Shown in pieces: positions 1 to 13,155 of a stretch of DNA of 64,000 bases. The stretch is from Phallusia mammillata. Its lineage: Eukaryota. A program made the translations under genes and the position numbers. The notes under the pieces were generated by a model. That model did no database searches, was not told the origin of the DNA, and was given only the letters and a program-made list of their open reading frames with translations. Location of the stretch: assembly GCA_965637545.1 (NCBI GenBank), contig OZ281500.1:9238001-9302000 (forward strand), given 5' to 3'. Each line of letters starts with the position of its first letter. Positions within the stretch are counted from its first letter, which is position 1.

Positions 1-148
1 GAATGTGACGTAATAATTCCCTTATTGATACTTTGGAAGAATTTCAAATTTATTTGTGTACATGAAAAAAATGTGTTGCCCTCAGCTTGAAAAAAAATGT
101 GTGACCCTGGTTATACGGCCCACCAACAAAAAATGTTGCACACCCCTG
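1..148. mobile_element. Right end of a hAT (Buster/Charlie-like) MITE, truncated by the window edge
   Basis: Terminal TGTTGCACACCCCTG ending at 148 resembles the CAGGGGT-type TIRs elsewhere in the window. It is followed by ttttaaag (central TA). The left end is not visible. Confidence 0.5.
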
Positions 149-521
149 TTTTAAAGAACCGGGATAGCGTAAAATATGGGAAAATTCCATCTCTGGTATA
201 ACTGCATGAGTAGCAATAAACAAGTAGTTGAAAAATTTGGAACAAACAAATGAAAAAAAAATTTTCGACACATGTTTTTACATATAACATGTTGAAAAAC
301 GTACATTTCCATTTACTTTTTAAATAGATTCACATATTTTGCCAAGTTCAGGAAAAGTATCTATAATCACTTGATAAGAAAACTGTGACCACATATAATA
401 AACCAGATCTCGTGGAAGGTAATACATCAAATTTAGGGTTTGAATATTCACAAGCATCAATTTTCCATTGTCCGTCCAGATACATTTCAGTTATTTAAGG
501 ATTTAGTACAAAATAACAAAC

Positions 522-3500
522 CTCTTGGCCGCCTCCTAGGCGAGAAAGTCGATCTTCAACCGATGTGAGTTTTGCTTCAGCTTTTCTCTTTTCCATCTCA
601 AGGACGTTGACTTGTGTTTTGGCGTCACTCAATTCGCTCGACATTTTTTCGCTTCTCGATTTTTCCGCTTCCAACATCTGTTGTACTGCATATAGTTGCT
701 TTTCCACAGCCTAAAACAAGTTAAGTACAACTTTCTTGAGGTTTTTACAATGCATTGCTAAATTAAGGTCGAAATGGATTAAGCTATAAATCTCGTTTTA
801 CCGAGACAGGAGATTCCAGAAGAGCTTTAAAACCTTTTTTGAATAAGAAACGTTTCGCCTACAAAAAGAAATATGCATTGTGGGACCAAATTGTGTATTT
901 GCCATATAATTTTACAAAACGTCTGGATATGGGCTATAGCACGTACAACAGTTTTTTGATAACGTTTTTTTTTCTTTCTTTTTTCCGTTTTTCTTGGATT
1001 GTTGCTCTGTACCGTACTTATGCTAAAGCGTTTACCTTTAACGTTGTAGGATAGGGCTACTTTTGGCAAAATCTTCTTCAAATGCATGAGTAGTAGCTTT
1101 TACCTGTATTGCATCTTGCTTGCTTTGTGCAGTGTTGTGGGAGTTCTGTCTTAAATTTGTGATCTCGCGTTCTTGGGCCTCAACGCGACTGTGAAGCTGT
1201 GAACGAACCTGAAATATAAAAGAGCAAGTAATGAGGTAGGCAGGTTTATTATAGAGATGTAACAAAAAAAGTAACTTCGCATTTATCCATATTAAGTGAA
1301 TAATAGTTGGATTTTTGGAATCTGAAAATTATTACCTCGAATGCTTGTCTTTCCATGCTTTGTTGAACCTTTTGAAGGTTGCTTAGCAACACACTCTGAT
1401 TTCTCTGTTCCCGTTGGAGCGAAGTGTTTTCCGTAGTGAGTCGATCCTCGGCACGCTTGCTTAAATCCAGTTCACTCTTTGTCGCTTCAAGGCGCCCCTG
1501 TGCAAAAAACATAGGTTTACTGTGTGAAAACAGTGGAAGAGTGATCACTGTTCAAAAAAACTTCGCACATACATTTTGTGTCAATACTGCTTCATACAGC
1601 TTTAGGTAAACGCGCATGTCCAAAAAAAGCTACAGAATGTACAGGGCAAATTTGCATTTTAGAACACGTCTTGTGTTCAAACCATTTCATTTTTTTTACT
1701 CGTTTAAAAATTTATTACTGCAATATTTTACGCTTTGTCACGTGGCATATTAAAACCATAGGTTTCAAAGGCATACAAGAAAACACCAGTGACACAAAAC
1801 TTTTTAATAAAGTCTAAAATCGTTTCCGAACCTCTAGGTGGAAAACAACTGATTAAAGTCAGTCCAGATTTTAAAGCTGCGAATCCCGTTTACCTTAAAC
1901 CGTTTTGACAAAAAAGGGTTGTATCATAATTATAAAAAGTAGGTAGACAAAATATATTTTAATTTTGAAAAAGTCGTATGAGATGCAATTAAAACGTCTT
2001 ACAAAACGGGAAAGTGCTTTCAACGAAATCCAACAAACTATATACTCGGGTTTTAGCAATCCTTTGGATGGAAACAGCCAAAAAAATAAAGCAATGAAGT
2101 CAAGGTTGTACCTGAAGTTTTGTGCAGCTTTCGCGCAAAGAGCCCAACTCGGCGTTAAGGTTGTTCACTGAACGTTCATGTTGCTGAGCAATGCTGTACA
2201 GCTGCGTGTTGCGTGATCTCAGTGCATCAGATTCCTAACAAAAACATTCGATTGACAATTAAAAGTTGTACAGAAAAATATTTTATTGTTTGAAAATCGC
2301 TTGCCATACAATGTATTACGATTTTTGGCCTATTATGTTTCACAGGTGTGACATTACGAGAAAAAGTTACCTTCTTTGCACTTTCCAATCCTGCCTTCAT
2401 CATGTCACATCGTTCTTTGGAGAATTCGACTTGAGCTTCGAGTTTAGCGCAGTTTGCTCGTTGTTGGGACAAGTCACTTTTTAGTGTCTCGATTTTCTCC
2501 TCAAAAACCCTGTCAGTTTAACACAAAGAAATTTAAGCTTTAGAAATCGTATATGGGCCCCCAAGCTTGTTTTCGTCAACACAATATTGAAATATTTAAA
2601 GGCTTCCCAACCTTTTCACACTCTCCCTTTCAAATTCACCACTTGTTTCTACAAAACACACAGAGAAGAGCAGTATTCCCAATTTAAAACAAAAAATAAA
2701 ACAACATCCAGCAAATGTCTTAAATCCGTTTCAAAAATTCTGGTAAGGTAAGTAATGCGAATCATATTTGCATGTCTTAGTAAGTGATCAAATGCATGCA
2801 AATCTGGACCTTGCTAGACGCCACGCGTTTTAGACTCATGCTTAACGTTAAACTTCTCACTCAATAAAATCCGCCAAAACATGCAGTTTTTTTTACACAA
2901 CCACAGCAATTTACTTGTTATTAGCAAGAACGTCTTTTTTGTACTCCTCAAATTCTTCTTGTAACTGAAGTAAAGCTCTTTTATCTGATCCACCTCCAAC
3001 ACCTGGACTCTTGCTGATGGACTCCGAGTGTTTGGTTGGAGTTGTGGTTGCCGAGGAAACCGACATGCCACTTGCGTTAAGCATGGAATGGTCCCCGAGC
3101 ATGGATGGGTTGGCAAGTATGCTGGGAGGTATACCGCCCTGTGCAGACAACATAATCAAAATTACCAGACTGTTTTATATACGAGTTTTTTGTTTCCACT
3201 GATGATGCAAACTGCTTTGAGTAACAAATTAAGTTGAGGGTATTACCATCCGAGTCCAAGTTAAAGTTAAAGACTCATTATCTTTGGATTTGAGTAAAGG
3301 AAAATTTTTAAGTCTTCCAGAACACACACAAACTGAACATACCGTTTCGGGGGTTAGTTATTGTTTCTATACATCTTTGAGTAGCAAATATAGTCTATTA
3401 CTGAACTAGTCCAAGATATAGTAATGATAGTTTCTGACGATTTGATTTAAGACAACATTTCAACACACAGTCAAATTGAAATCAAGTCCTTAAAATGTAC

Positions 3501-6500
3501 GATTTATCCTACTTAATCGACTTGACTGATCTTGATAATTGTTTTAAGATGTTTTTAAAATGCCAATTTTGAACGGCTGATAAAGTCAAACATTTTTATA
3601 CTTAGCTACCCTACCTACCAATTTACCAATCAACATAAGTTGAATCTTTTCTTTGACGAATTCAAATTTAGAGTAAAGATTGGACAAACTCGTTGTTGCA
3701 TGTCAAAATAATCAACACAACAAGAACCTGTGGGTTATGTGAGAGTAGGACTCTATACATATCACGTTGACGAACTATCGCTTCAACCATGGTCATCTGA
3801 CGAGACCGGTCCTCACGTAGACGTTCCAGTTCCTCGTTTGCTTCTTCCAGTTGAGCTTGCAATTCTAAAGTTTTCTTGTCAGCACCAGCTTTTTCTGCTT
3901 TCTCTTGCTCGTCGCTCAGTTGGCGAATAATCTGTTGATTTTAAAAACTACTCATCTGGTGTTTCGTTTGTAGGTAAAAATTTTAGTGTCTTGTTACAAA
4001 CAAAAGCTTTGTAGTTATCGGTTTGGTTTTGCAAAATAACGCTATTTATGAGGTCAAGTGATCAAAAGCAAGATCGATAAAACGCAATTTACAAACGCAA
4101 AATTTCGTACCGAAGAATAGGCAAATACCATTTGGTCAATGAGCATTTAAATTACAGGTATAAATCAACATGTTACACTGTATATAAATAATGGTTAGTC
4201 AGCCAAAAAAATCGGATTTACATGTTTTTGGAAAAATCTTGACCTAAATTGGTTCTAAACCTACAACCAAAGTCGATCTGAGGCAGACGCTCAACAAACT
4301 GCGCTGAAAAATCCTGGTGATTTTGCTTTTCAATATATAAGCAAATACACATCAACGCAATAGCGATTAGTGCACGAAAATACTCTATATCCAAAAACAA
4401 AAGCAACACTGACCGTCAACAGTTTCTGGTTTTGCTCCTGTAGTTCAGCAATGTCTTTGAACGTCACCAGCGTGTGCGTAATCAGCTCTGACGAACTACT
4501 GACGTCATTGCAGGAACCATCTTCATTAACGACAAGCAAGGATTTATCTCGTCGCTGGCCAGGGGACATCTGGACTTGTCTTCCACGCAATTCTTCAACC
4601 TCTTTGAGCAAAAACCGAACCTAGAGGCATAATATTAAACATTATAGAATTTGGTATTGTACTTTGTATATGTTTAAACACTGCAATACAACTGATTTGG
4701 ACCAAAAATGCCTAGTGCAATGAAATAACAATTTAGAGGTAATTTTTCGTTTAGGAAACTCTTGTCTTGCATTTAAAATATTTACTGAAAACTTGCATGA
4801 ATTTTGGAAACACATAAATGCTATGCACCGCATGACAAATATTCAGATTGTTGTTTATTTGACGATACAATTGGGCATATTGACTTGCTTGCTACAAAAA
4901 ATACAAATGTTGTGTGTAATGGGATAAGCACTTTTTAGTAGTGATGGGACGGGTACCCGGTACTCGGTATGGATGGTATCGATGGTATCGAACGATTTCA
5001 GCGATACTCGTACTCCGTATCAAAATATTTTGTCTCAGTTTTCCATACCAACGTGCGAATACGGAACGCCGGTTTACACCATAAGAATACAGGCAACTTT
5101 ATGCCAATATTTGCTTTGGAGAGCACAAAATCGGGCAAAAGTACCGCTAGGTTAGGTATATTTTTTCGCTATCGTATGGAGATTACATTTTTCTGTATGT
5201 GTGAGTGCACGGTACTCGTACTCGGTATCGGTACTCGCTTTCATGGCGGGAAAAAGTGGGGAAATGGGGATGCTCCATGCCGGGAAATCGGGCACACCGC
5301 GGGAAATTTTAGCTCTTTGTGTAAAAGCGAACACAAAAGTCGAAAATAAGTTTTGCGGTGGAATAACGCAACAGCGCCAGTTTTTATTACTGGTTACATC
5401 CGGCGATGCAACGAAACGTGACGTAACCAAAACGCTGCGACACATAGGTCAACACACAAGGTGCTGAGTGTCTTTGTTCGCATTGCGTGCGTGTGTGTGC
5501 ACGAGCACAACAATACGCATTTGTTTCACAACAAGTATAGCAATGGCGCGAAACAAAAACAAGCAGCAACATAAATGAAAAACAGAGGTAAATCCAGCGC
5601 ACAGTAGTGATAGTACACATCGTTGTTACGAATTTTTATCTTTACTAATCGGCTGGAGTTATTGTTAGAACCTGACAGACTAATTATGGAGTTTAAAAAT
5701 ATACTGCATCTCAGTGTTTTGTTTTTTGAACGCTTACGAATAGCGTAGTAGAAAGCAACGAAAGCGCATAAATAAGTTTGGAATACTCTTTGTGTGCGAA
5801 AATTACAACGTTGCTGCGTTAGTTTAGTTCTCCTGTTGCGTATATCAACTTGGGGGATTTACCGAAAAACGGCGGGAAATTTTGGTGGCTTCCCGGGAAA
5901 TTTGCATTTTTTCTAGCCCTGCTCGCTTCAAAACCTGGTATCGTCCCATCACTACTTTTTAGCATAAACTTTAATTTATCATTGCCAAAATCACCCATAT
6001 AGTACTTGATATACACCCATATAGTATGTGCTATTCTTTATGGTTCATATATTATGATGTTTTACCTGCTTTGACAGATCAACAGTTTCTTTTTTGTAGC
6101 GTTCAAGTTCCCTGGTAAGGTGGGCACTGTGTCGCACGGCATCATCTGCCTCCTGACGAAGATGCTGGAAATTTGTGGCAGCCTCATCCGTCTGAGATGT
6201 CAGCTGGTTGATGGTGATGAGAGCTCGTTCATAATCTTCTCGCTGCCTTTTTAACAGTGGAGCTTTTGCATTTAATTCCTAGAAAAAAACAAAAACAAAG
6301 GGTTAAAATGTTAGGGACATTGTGGCAGATATAAGTAGAGTCTTACATCTTTTACATACCTCCAGTATAGAGTCCATTGCTTCATTAAGTCTCTTATTTT
6401 CTTCCTTTGCCACAATCAGTTCATCTGATTGCTCAACATATTTTGTGTAAATCTGACATATATTTGGTCATAGTAAATTTTTAATTCAAATTTCGAATTT

Positions 6501-9158
6501 TTGAAAGAGTGTACATAATATATATTATATAATAGAGTAATGGCAACAATTCAAGTCAGCTATGGAGGTAGTGGTACCTGTGTCAAAGTCATTCCTGACT
6601 TTATAAACTTGCTGGTCATAGCAGCTGTTGGGCACAATTCCGCCAGTTCTTCCTCACTCAACTCATGTCTTTTATTGGCAGCAATCAAATCATTTGCCCC
6701 TTCAATTTCTTTTTGTAGTCTGAAAATTTTTACAGTTGTCTATAGTTATTGCCAACACAACATTGTGCTCCTGTATTGCCAACTTTACCCTGCAATGGTG
6801 ATTTCCTTTTCATGTATTGTATCTTTTGCCTTATTCAGCTGAAGTGCAAGATCATCATGCGCTAAACAAAAAAGTGAAGGTTAAAACATGTGAAAAGCAC
6901 ATTCACATGGAGTTGTATCCATAAATTTATGTGCATAGTGATAAATAATTTGGAGAAAAACTGAGCATATCAGACAACATACTTTCCGAACTTGACTTGA
7001 CAATTGTCTGAAGCTCTTCCACAGCTGAAATGAGCTCATCTGACTTTTTGTCTGCATCCTCTGCAGAAGATTTGTAAAGTTCAGCTAGTCTGGTTTGAGA
7101 CTGCAGTTCACTACGAAGCATCTCTTCCATGGAATGATAATCATCAGAGTTCTGTGCAAAATGTTTGACTGTTTAGCATGTGGAACAAAAATGAAACAAA
7201 TTGATAATTATTTTTAATGCACCTTTGCATTTTTTTCGTGTAACTGGTTTAGTTTTTCTTGCAGTGCGATCTCATTGGTTTTCAGCATATCATTTGTTTC
7301 TTTTAGCATTCGGTTCTCATTGCAAGTCAGCTCAAATTGGCTTCGAAGAGAAACAAGTTCATTTTCCTGGAAAGCAATCAAATGTAAGTCAAAACTAATA
7401 AACTCAAACTTCCAAAAATGCACATATACCTTCTCCTTTCTGTATGAAAGAAGCTGGTTAGATTTTTCACTCAATTCCTCAGTTAAAGTTTTGGTTTGCT
7501 GGGTGAGCAGTTCTCTTTCTTGTTCAACTCTTTTTGTGTGATAATGAGCAGTCACTTCAGAACTATTAACTTCATCTAGTTTTAGCTGTGCAAAAAAGTT
7601 GTATATATATATAAAAACAAAACAACATCTAAACCATAAAAAGATTTAACAAAGTACCTGAAGTTCATTTTTGACTGAGGTGGTTTCACTTAGGCGTTCA
7701 GAAAGGACTTTCCATTCCTCTATAAAACAGAAACGAAGTTAAAGCACAATAGTTATTCATGTTCAATTAAGTTGTGTTCATTTCACTTGGGAAAAGAACA
7801 GGCAAATACACAGATCAACAATAATGACAAGGTTACCATTCAATCTTGATATTTCTAAATCTCGTTTCTCCACGATATGTTGAAGACCAAGCTTTTCTTC
7901 TGACCAGGTGTCCTTGATTCGTTTAAGACCCACAATTTCCTGTTGACTGTCATGTAATGCGGATTCAATTTTACCCAGTTTTTCTTGAGAAGCTTTAAGG
8001 TCAGTTTCTGAAATTACAAAATAAAGTTGTTAGAATGCTCAACCTGAAACTAATGTGTACAAACATGTTTGTTTATAATTAACATGCTGTTAATAAGTTA
8101 AAACACATGCTGCCCAAGTTCTATTACAATTTACCAAGCTGGGTGCATTTGACAGAAGCCTTTTCATGCAATGACGACTCATTATCAAGTCGACTTGCAT
8201 TTTCAATCAACTTTTTGTCCAACTCATAGCACTTTTGTTCTGAAAAAAACAAAACAAAATTAACTATAGACAGATGTTGTTCAGAAAACATAACATCTTC
8301 TTCTCTTCTCAATTACAGTTCTTGGTATTTTAAAAAATCATAAATATTTTGGTGGATACAGTCACAATAAAGCACAGATTATTCCTAGCATTGTGCTTTC
8401 TACTAGAGATGTACCGAAACAGGTAAATTTGGGTTCGGACAAAACCGAATATTCGGCAGTTTTGCCGACCAAATTCGGCCCAATCAAGCCGGATCTTTTA
8501 TGGCGTCATGCGAAGGCGTTAGCTACGTGTTTAAAATGAAAACATGTTTTTCTACCAGGCAACAAGTGGTGCTTCACAACAGGATAATTGTGTTTTATTA
8601 ACATATTAGTCATGTGGGGTTTAAGGTTGCCTCTGCCATGGTTGAAGCCTGCCAATAATTTACTGACTTTTTGTCTGGGGTTGTTAAAACGATAATGCTT
8701 AAAAATCATAACAGTTGACATGATTTTAGTTATGGCGTAGTTATAGTGTGGTATCTCATTGAGCAGAAAAAAACACATTTTACTCTTTAATAAAAGATTC
8801 TGTTTTGGCCGAAACCGAATCTTTGTAAAAAAGGTCGATTCGGCCGAATAAATTCGACAAACCAAATATTCGGTACATCTCTACTGTCTACAAACTCTAT
8901 GTATCATATCACATTTTTTAAGTAACTGGTTAGAAAGATTACCATAATCAGATTTAGTTTTTTCATCATATCACATTTTTTAAGTAACTGGTTAGAAAGA
9001 TTACCATAATCAGATTTAGTTTTTTCAATTTCTGCTTCCAAACTCTGAATTGCTCCTTTTTTTAGTTGTACGTACTGGTCAAATTTTTGGGCTACACTTG
9101 AACCAATACTGTCTATTTCCTCTGCTGAGAAAATGTCTTGCAACAAAGCTGATGCCAT
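522..9158 (-). CDS. TPR: Nucleoprotein TPR (nuclear basket coiled-coil protein), 5' part; gene continues beyond the left edge
   Basis: 18 exons with GT-AG boundaries and consistent phases: 9158-9005, 8239-8135, 8007-7837, 7719-7658, 7585-7430, 7366-7223, 7151-6983, 6861-6578, 6452-6360, 6278-6066, 4620-4414, 3931-3728, 3138-2915, 2509-2371, 2234-2112, 1497-1336, 1208-1104, 710-522. The translation is a continuous coiled coil. MASALLQDIF, EQKCYELDKKL, KRVEQERELL, LAELYKSSAEDADKKSDEL, ELNAKAPLLKRQREDYE and TFKDIAELQEQNQKLL parallel recalled human TPR segments (MAAVLQQVL, EQQYFEIEKRL, KRLEQEKELL, LYKSAADD, EVEAKAPILKRQREEYE). Confidence 0.93.
4939..5954. mobile_element. Non-autonomous hAT element (1016 bp) in a TPR intron
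   Basis: TIR TAGTGATGGGAC...GTCCCATCACTA. Perfect 8-bp TSD ctttttag at 4931-4938 and 5955-5962. Subterminal GGTATCG/GGTACTCG repeats. Confidence 0.92.
8404..8883. mobile_element. hAT MITE (480 bp) in TPR intron 1; same family as 28919-29397, opposite orientation
   Basis: TIR TAGAGATGTACCGAA...TTCGGTACATCTCTA. TSD ctttctac/ctgtctac (7/8). Subterminal CCGAA/TTCGG repeats. Internal sequence is the reverse complement of the copy at 28919-29397. Confidence 0.9.
8903..9026. repeat. Perfect 62-bp tandem duplication spanning the TPR exon 1/intron 1 junction
   Basis: atcatatcacattttttaagtaactggttagaaagattaccataatcagatttagttttttc occurs at 8903-8964 and again at 8965-9026. Confidence 0.95.
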
Positions 9159-9648
9159 GTCAACAACAGGACACTCCGGCAGCAAGAAAACAAATCTTTT
9201 TCATGCAAATTGGTTTAACAGATAACTGGAAACAGAAGGTATAATAGATAACCCAAAAGCCAAAATCCACAAAATAATTACACGTTGTAATAAATTCCTA
9301 AATTTAACATCTATGAGACACATAAAAACCACACAAAAGTAAGCAAGGTTGTCAAGACTCAAGATCAAGATCAACATTGTCGAGGTAGCATTCAAGACAC
9401 AGTCAAAGATCCTAAGCAATGAGCACACAGGCTTCGAAAACATATTCGCGCACGCACATTGGATGACGTAACAGTAAACGGATGATCGAAGCTTTTTGAC
9501 GATCGGGCAAGCTTCTTAATTTACGCGAGAGACTTCATTCACTCATTGAGTTCAGTTCATATGCACTTTGTACGAATTAAGGTGATGCTCTGAACAGTAT
9601 TCCATAAAGAAAGTGATTGTTGTAATTTCATTTGTTAATCTCATCGTC

Positions 9649-9784
9649 CAGTGGTGGAATTCAATTTTTGTCAGCCGGTTCTATCACAAACGTCATATTT
9701 TTCAGCCGGTTCTGTTACAAAAAGTAACCAGTAATGCTAACCGGTTCTAAAGAAACGGTGCGACCTGGCTAAATCCCACCACTG
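9649..9784. mobile_element. Short hAT-type MITE (CAGTGGTGG family); related copy at 22494-22672
   Basis: Termini CAGTGGTGGAATT...AAATCCCACCACTG. Internal AGCCGGTTCT repeats are shared, reverse-complemented, with 22494-22672. TSD not preserved. Confidence 0.7.
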
Positions 9785-9826
9785 GTTGTAACCTCATTTA
9801 ATCGCAACAACTTTATCGTTGTAGAT

Positions 9827-10270
9827 GAAACTTGGGCAACCTTTTTGCATGCGCGGGCCAGAGAAGTAATGATATTGTGGGTGCGGGCCGCAACGATGCC
9901 ATGCAATGCTTTTACATCGAGCAACTAAAATTTCTGTATTTGCTCAATGTGAACAAGCACAATTGTCAAATGAACCACAGTACTTGCTTGCTAAAACTTT
10001 AGACAGGTTTGATTAGGTTACTAACAAGCAGGCCTAACCACATTGTAACTTACAACCCAGTACAACGGCTAACACACACACACAATATTATTGTCTTTGT
10101 ACGTAACAATGCCTATTCTTAGTGATAACTATTAGCGTATATTCCATCCGGTCGATAAAGAATAAAATATGATTTTTTTAATGCGGTCACGGGCCGGATT
10201 AATAAAGCAGTTAGAATGCGGCCGCGGGCCACTCAAAAGCTTTACGCGGGCCGTAGGTTACCCACCCCTG
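9827..10270. mobile_element. Degenerate hAT (CAGGGGT family) MITE
   Basis: Right TIR GTTACCCACCCCTG. Eroded left end gaaacttgggcaac. GCGGGCC subterminal repeats as in 50406-51266. Flanks ttgtagat/ttgtatag match only partly. Confidence 0.55.
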
Positions 10271-10879
10271 TTGTATAGATTTATCGTAGCAATTTAATCT
10301 TTTCATGGCAGCAACACCAAAGTTGTATTTTTTGCAACAGTTTAATCATAGTAATAAAGTTACATCACACAAAATATCGTAAATTCATACGAAGGCGATG
10401 TCGTTTGTAGCAACAAAAAGTTATTTATGCGAAAAGCAATGAGTGCAGTTTGCCTGTAAGTTTGTTGCCCCGTCTCAGATTAGGTAGTCAAATTATACTT
10501 AGGCAACACAGTAAGCCGGAGCCGATCAACTGGCGGATTTGATTTTGGAAACATAGGCTACGCATTTTTGTTGAATATTTTGTAAACAGTTGCTTTTCAG
10601 ATTTTAATTTGCAGTGTGGTATGGCGGTTTCTAAACTGGGATCCGCAAGACGTTTGAAGTCTTTCTACAATCTTGTGTGATGGCCGATCGTGCGACTGTG
10701 ACGAGAAAATGGTTCCACTTTATTTGTTTGTGTATTCTTTATGTTAATTTATTTAATTTTATTTATTTTGTTACACTATCATATTCAATTCCTAATTTAA
10801 CAACAACTTCTAACACGTAACTATACGTAATTAATTTTTAGGGCCCACTTGATTGGTCCTCCAACGTGTTGGCGCACAA

Positions 10880-11615
10880 GGTAGAGCTATTGACGGGGTG
10901 CCTCCTAGGACAGTGGTTCCCAAACTATGGTACTCGTACCACTAGTGGTACGCGAAGGTCTCCAAGGTGGTACGCGAGCAACTTATTAAGTTCACACCAA
11001 ACGATCGCAAATGATCTTCTATTGATTATCGTAAGCATTATTTTAATTCACACAAGTCACGTAGAGCGTGAAATTTCATACTATATTCCCTACTAAATTC
11101 TAATTCCTTGGTGTATTGTTTTGTTGACACTAGCACTGTAGCGAGGGCGGTAAAAATTGTACTAAATATTTGTTTAATATTTACGAGCCTTTGGTTACTA
11201 AAGACTAAAGTTTCTAAGGTAAAGTTAGTTAGTAAAGTTTAGTAACATTTTTATTCATTAAGTTCTAACAATTATTGTAGGTGGTACGAGAACGCTGCAT
11301 GAACCAAAAAATGGTACGCGAGTAGATAAAGTTTGGGAACCACTGTCCTAGGAGATCCAAAAGTGCTTAATTTTCGATAGGTGGCGTAAAGAGCTGAATT
11401 ATTTATTTAGCGGCTAAAGAGGGTTGGTTTATGATGCAAATGTTTAAAAATTTTACATTAGTAACTAACTTTTTGGGTTAGTTTTATTGAATTTTAAATG
11501 CTAATACCTTACCCCGACCCTAATAGCCCTAACCGTTAGCATTTTTTGAGATATACCGTTTCAAAAATTAGGCACTTTTGGATCTCCTAGGAGGCACCCC
11601 GTCAGTAGCTCTACC
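10880..11615. mobile_element. Non-autonomous DNA transposon with ~50-bp TIRs and a 9-bp TSD (MULE- or Merlin-type)
   Basis: TIR GGTAGAGCTATTGACGGGGTGCCTCCTAGGAGATCCAAAAGTGC (interrupted by the insertion below) mirrored at the right end (to 11615). Perfect 9-bp TSD ggcgcacaa at 10871-10879 and 11616-11624. Confidence 0.88.
10911..11345. mobile_element. hAT Buster-type MITE (435 bp) nested in the left TIR of the 9-bp-TSD element
   Basis: TIR CAGTGGTTCCCAAACT...AGTTTGGGAACCACTG. Perfect 8-bp TSD tcctagga at 10903-10910 and 11346-11353. Confidence 0.93.
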
Positions 11616-11652
11616 GGCGCACAACTGTATTATTAATTATTCGAGTGTTGAT

Positions 11653-11787
11653 CAGAGTTGTAAGCGGGCCCGAAATTCGAGCCAGAACCCGGCCCGAATC
11701 CGAAAGTGCAAACCTAAAACCCGGACCGAACCCGAATCGTGTTTGAGAAGCCCGTTCATGCCCGAATTTTTGATTCACAGGCCTCTA
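11653..11787. mobile_element. MITE fragment with AACCCG/CCCGAA subterminal repeats
   Basis: CAGAG...CTCTA ends. CCCGAA/AACCCG repeats resemble those in 44403-44922. No TSD visible. Confidence 0.45.
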
Positions 11788-13155
11788 AATAATGTCTACA
11801 AAACGTATTCCTGTACAGAATATAATTAAAAACGGCGGTTTAGGGTTGTTGGGCATTAGATAAAGTCCAGCAACTAGCTAACTTAGTTGAGTAATTTTAT
11901 TTTTTTTAAAGACACAGAGTTTAGAGTCAGGAAATTTAAAGTCACTTACAACTCTGGTCTTGATTGTGTGATAACTAAAGTGATGTGATAAAATTCTGTT
12001 AAAATTACGACTTTAGCAATAAAATTAATGAAAAACCCATATATCGTATATAAAGACCCATATATCAACCCATATACTATATAACCCATATGGTCGAACA
12101 CCAAAAATAGTCGCAGTATATTTGTAACTAATTGTTTTACATAAAAGATGAGCTTCTAAAATAAAAATTCACATTAGACTCAGTTATATTTATCATAAAA
12201 CCTTTAACAACCGTTACCCATAATCATCATGAGTTTCGTGTAAATTGCATTTTAAAAGTTTTCTAATGCTCTTTGCGCTGCCTGTCGGTATTTAGTTCAA
12301 CTTTGTTTGATGTTAGTTGTCACGTTAGTAGATTTTCCTTAAATAAAAGTTTAAAATGGTCGCTGCAACAAGTAACTCGGCCAGGTGTGTATATTTCAAA
12401 AGGGGGCCAAAAAAATTCGAGAAAGAATGTTGTGACGCAATACAAACTGAATTAAAAACATATGAAAAAAGCATTTTAAAATTTTCTACACCAGATGCAA
12501 TTCCCTTGTTCAGTAATCCACTTTATTGGAACAGCTGCAAAACGAAAATTAATGGCCAATTAATAATTACACCCCACGGGGAGAAAACGAAAATGTTTTC
12601 CAAAATTTTGCGCAGACCATAATCAGCAATGTGGGAGAGGAATGCATGAATTTAGTCTATGACGTTTTACAAATGTTTTCTGGTCAGCTGATCACTTTAA
12701 TTTATCGACATCGTGTTTGCTGCTTAACGCGACAAGGTATAGTTGTATTTTACGTCACATCGACAGGGAAATTCGATTTATCGATTTAAGCTTCCCTGGC
12801 TGGAACGTTTTCAATAAATATTTAATGGTGGCACTCCTAAAACCATCGACATTAAGTACAGGCCCCGTAAGGGAAGGATAAATAATTCATAGCAGCAAGT
12901 AATTCTCGACAGAGATTCACTGGGAATTTTTTGCTTTAGCGTGAGTTGCGACAGGAGTTCCGTGAGCATAGTCGATGAACGTTTCAAAATTGACATTTGA
13001 GCCGTTTTATTTCGCGCGGTCGGTATAAAATGCTGAGAATAGATATTTTAAGTTTTATTGACAAGTTTCCAAATACTGTTTTTATTTTTCAGCCTTAAGT
13101 TTATTTTCTGAATTTCTTGCACGAATTTGTTTGTCAGATAGAGTTGTCGTCGAAA

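Noticed and set aside
4969-5467. Track ORFs of 88-126 aa
   Set aside because: They lie inside the non-autonomous hAT element and show no transposase motifs.
12035-12091. Four ACCCATAT motifs (two more at 5993-6022)
   Set aside because: Low-complexity AT-rich context next to transposon debris. No basis for calling it a binding-site cluster.
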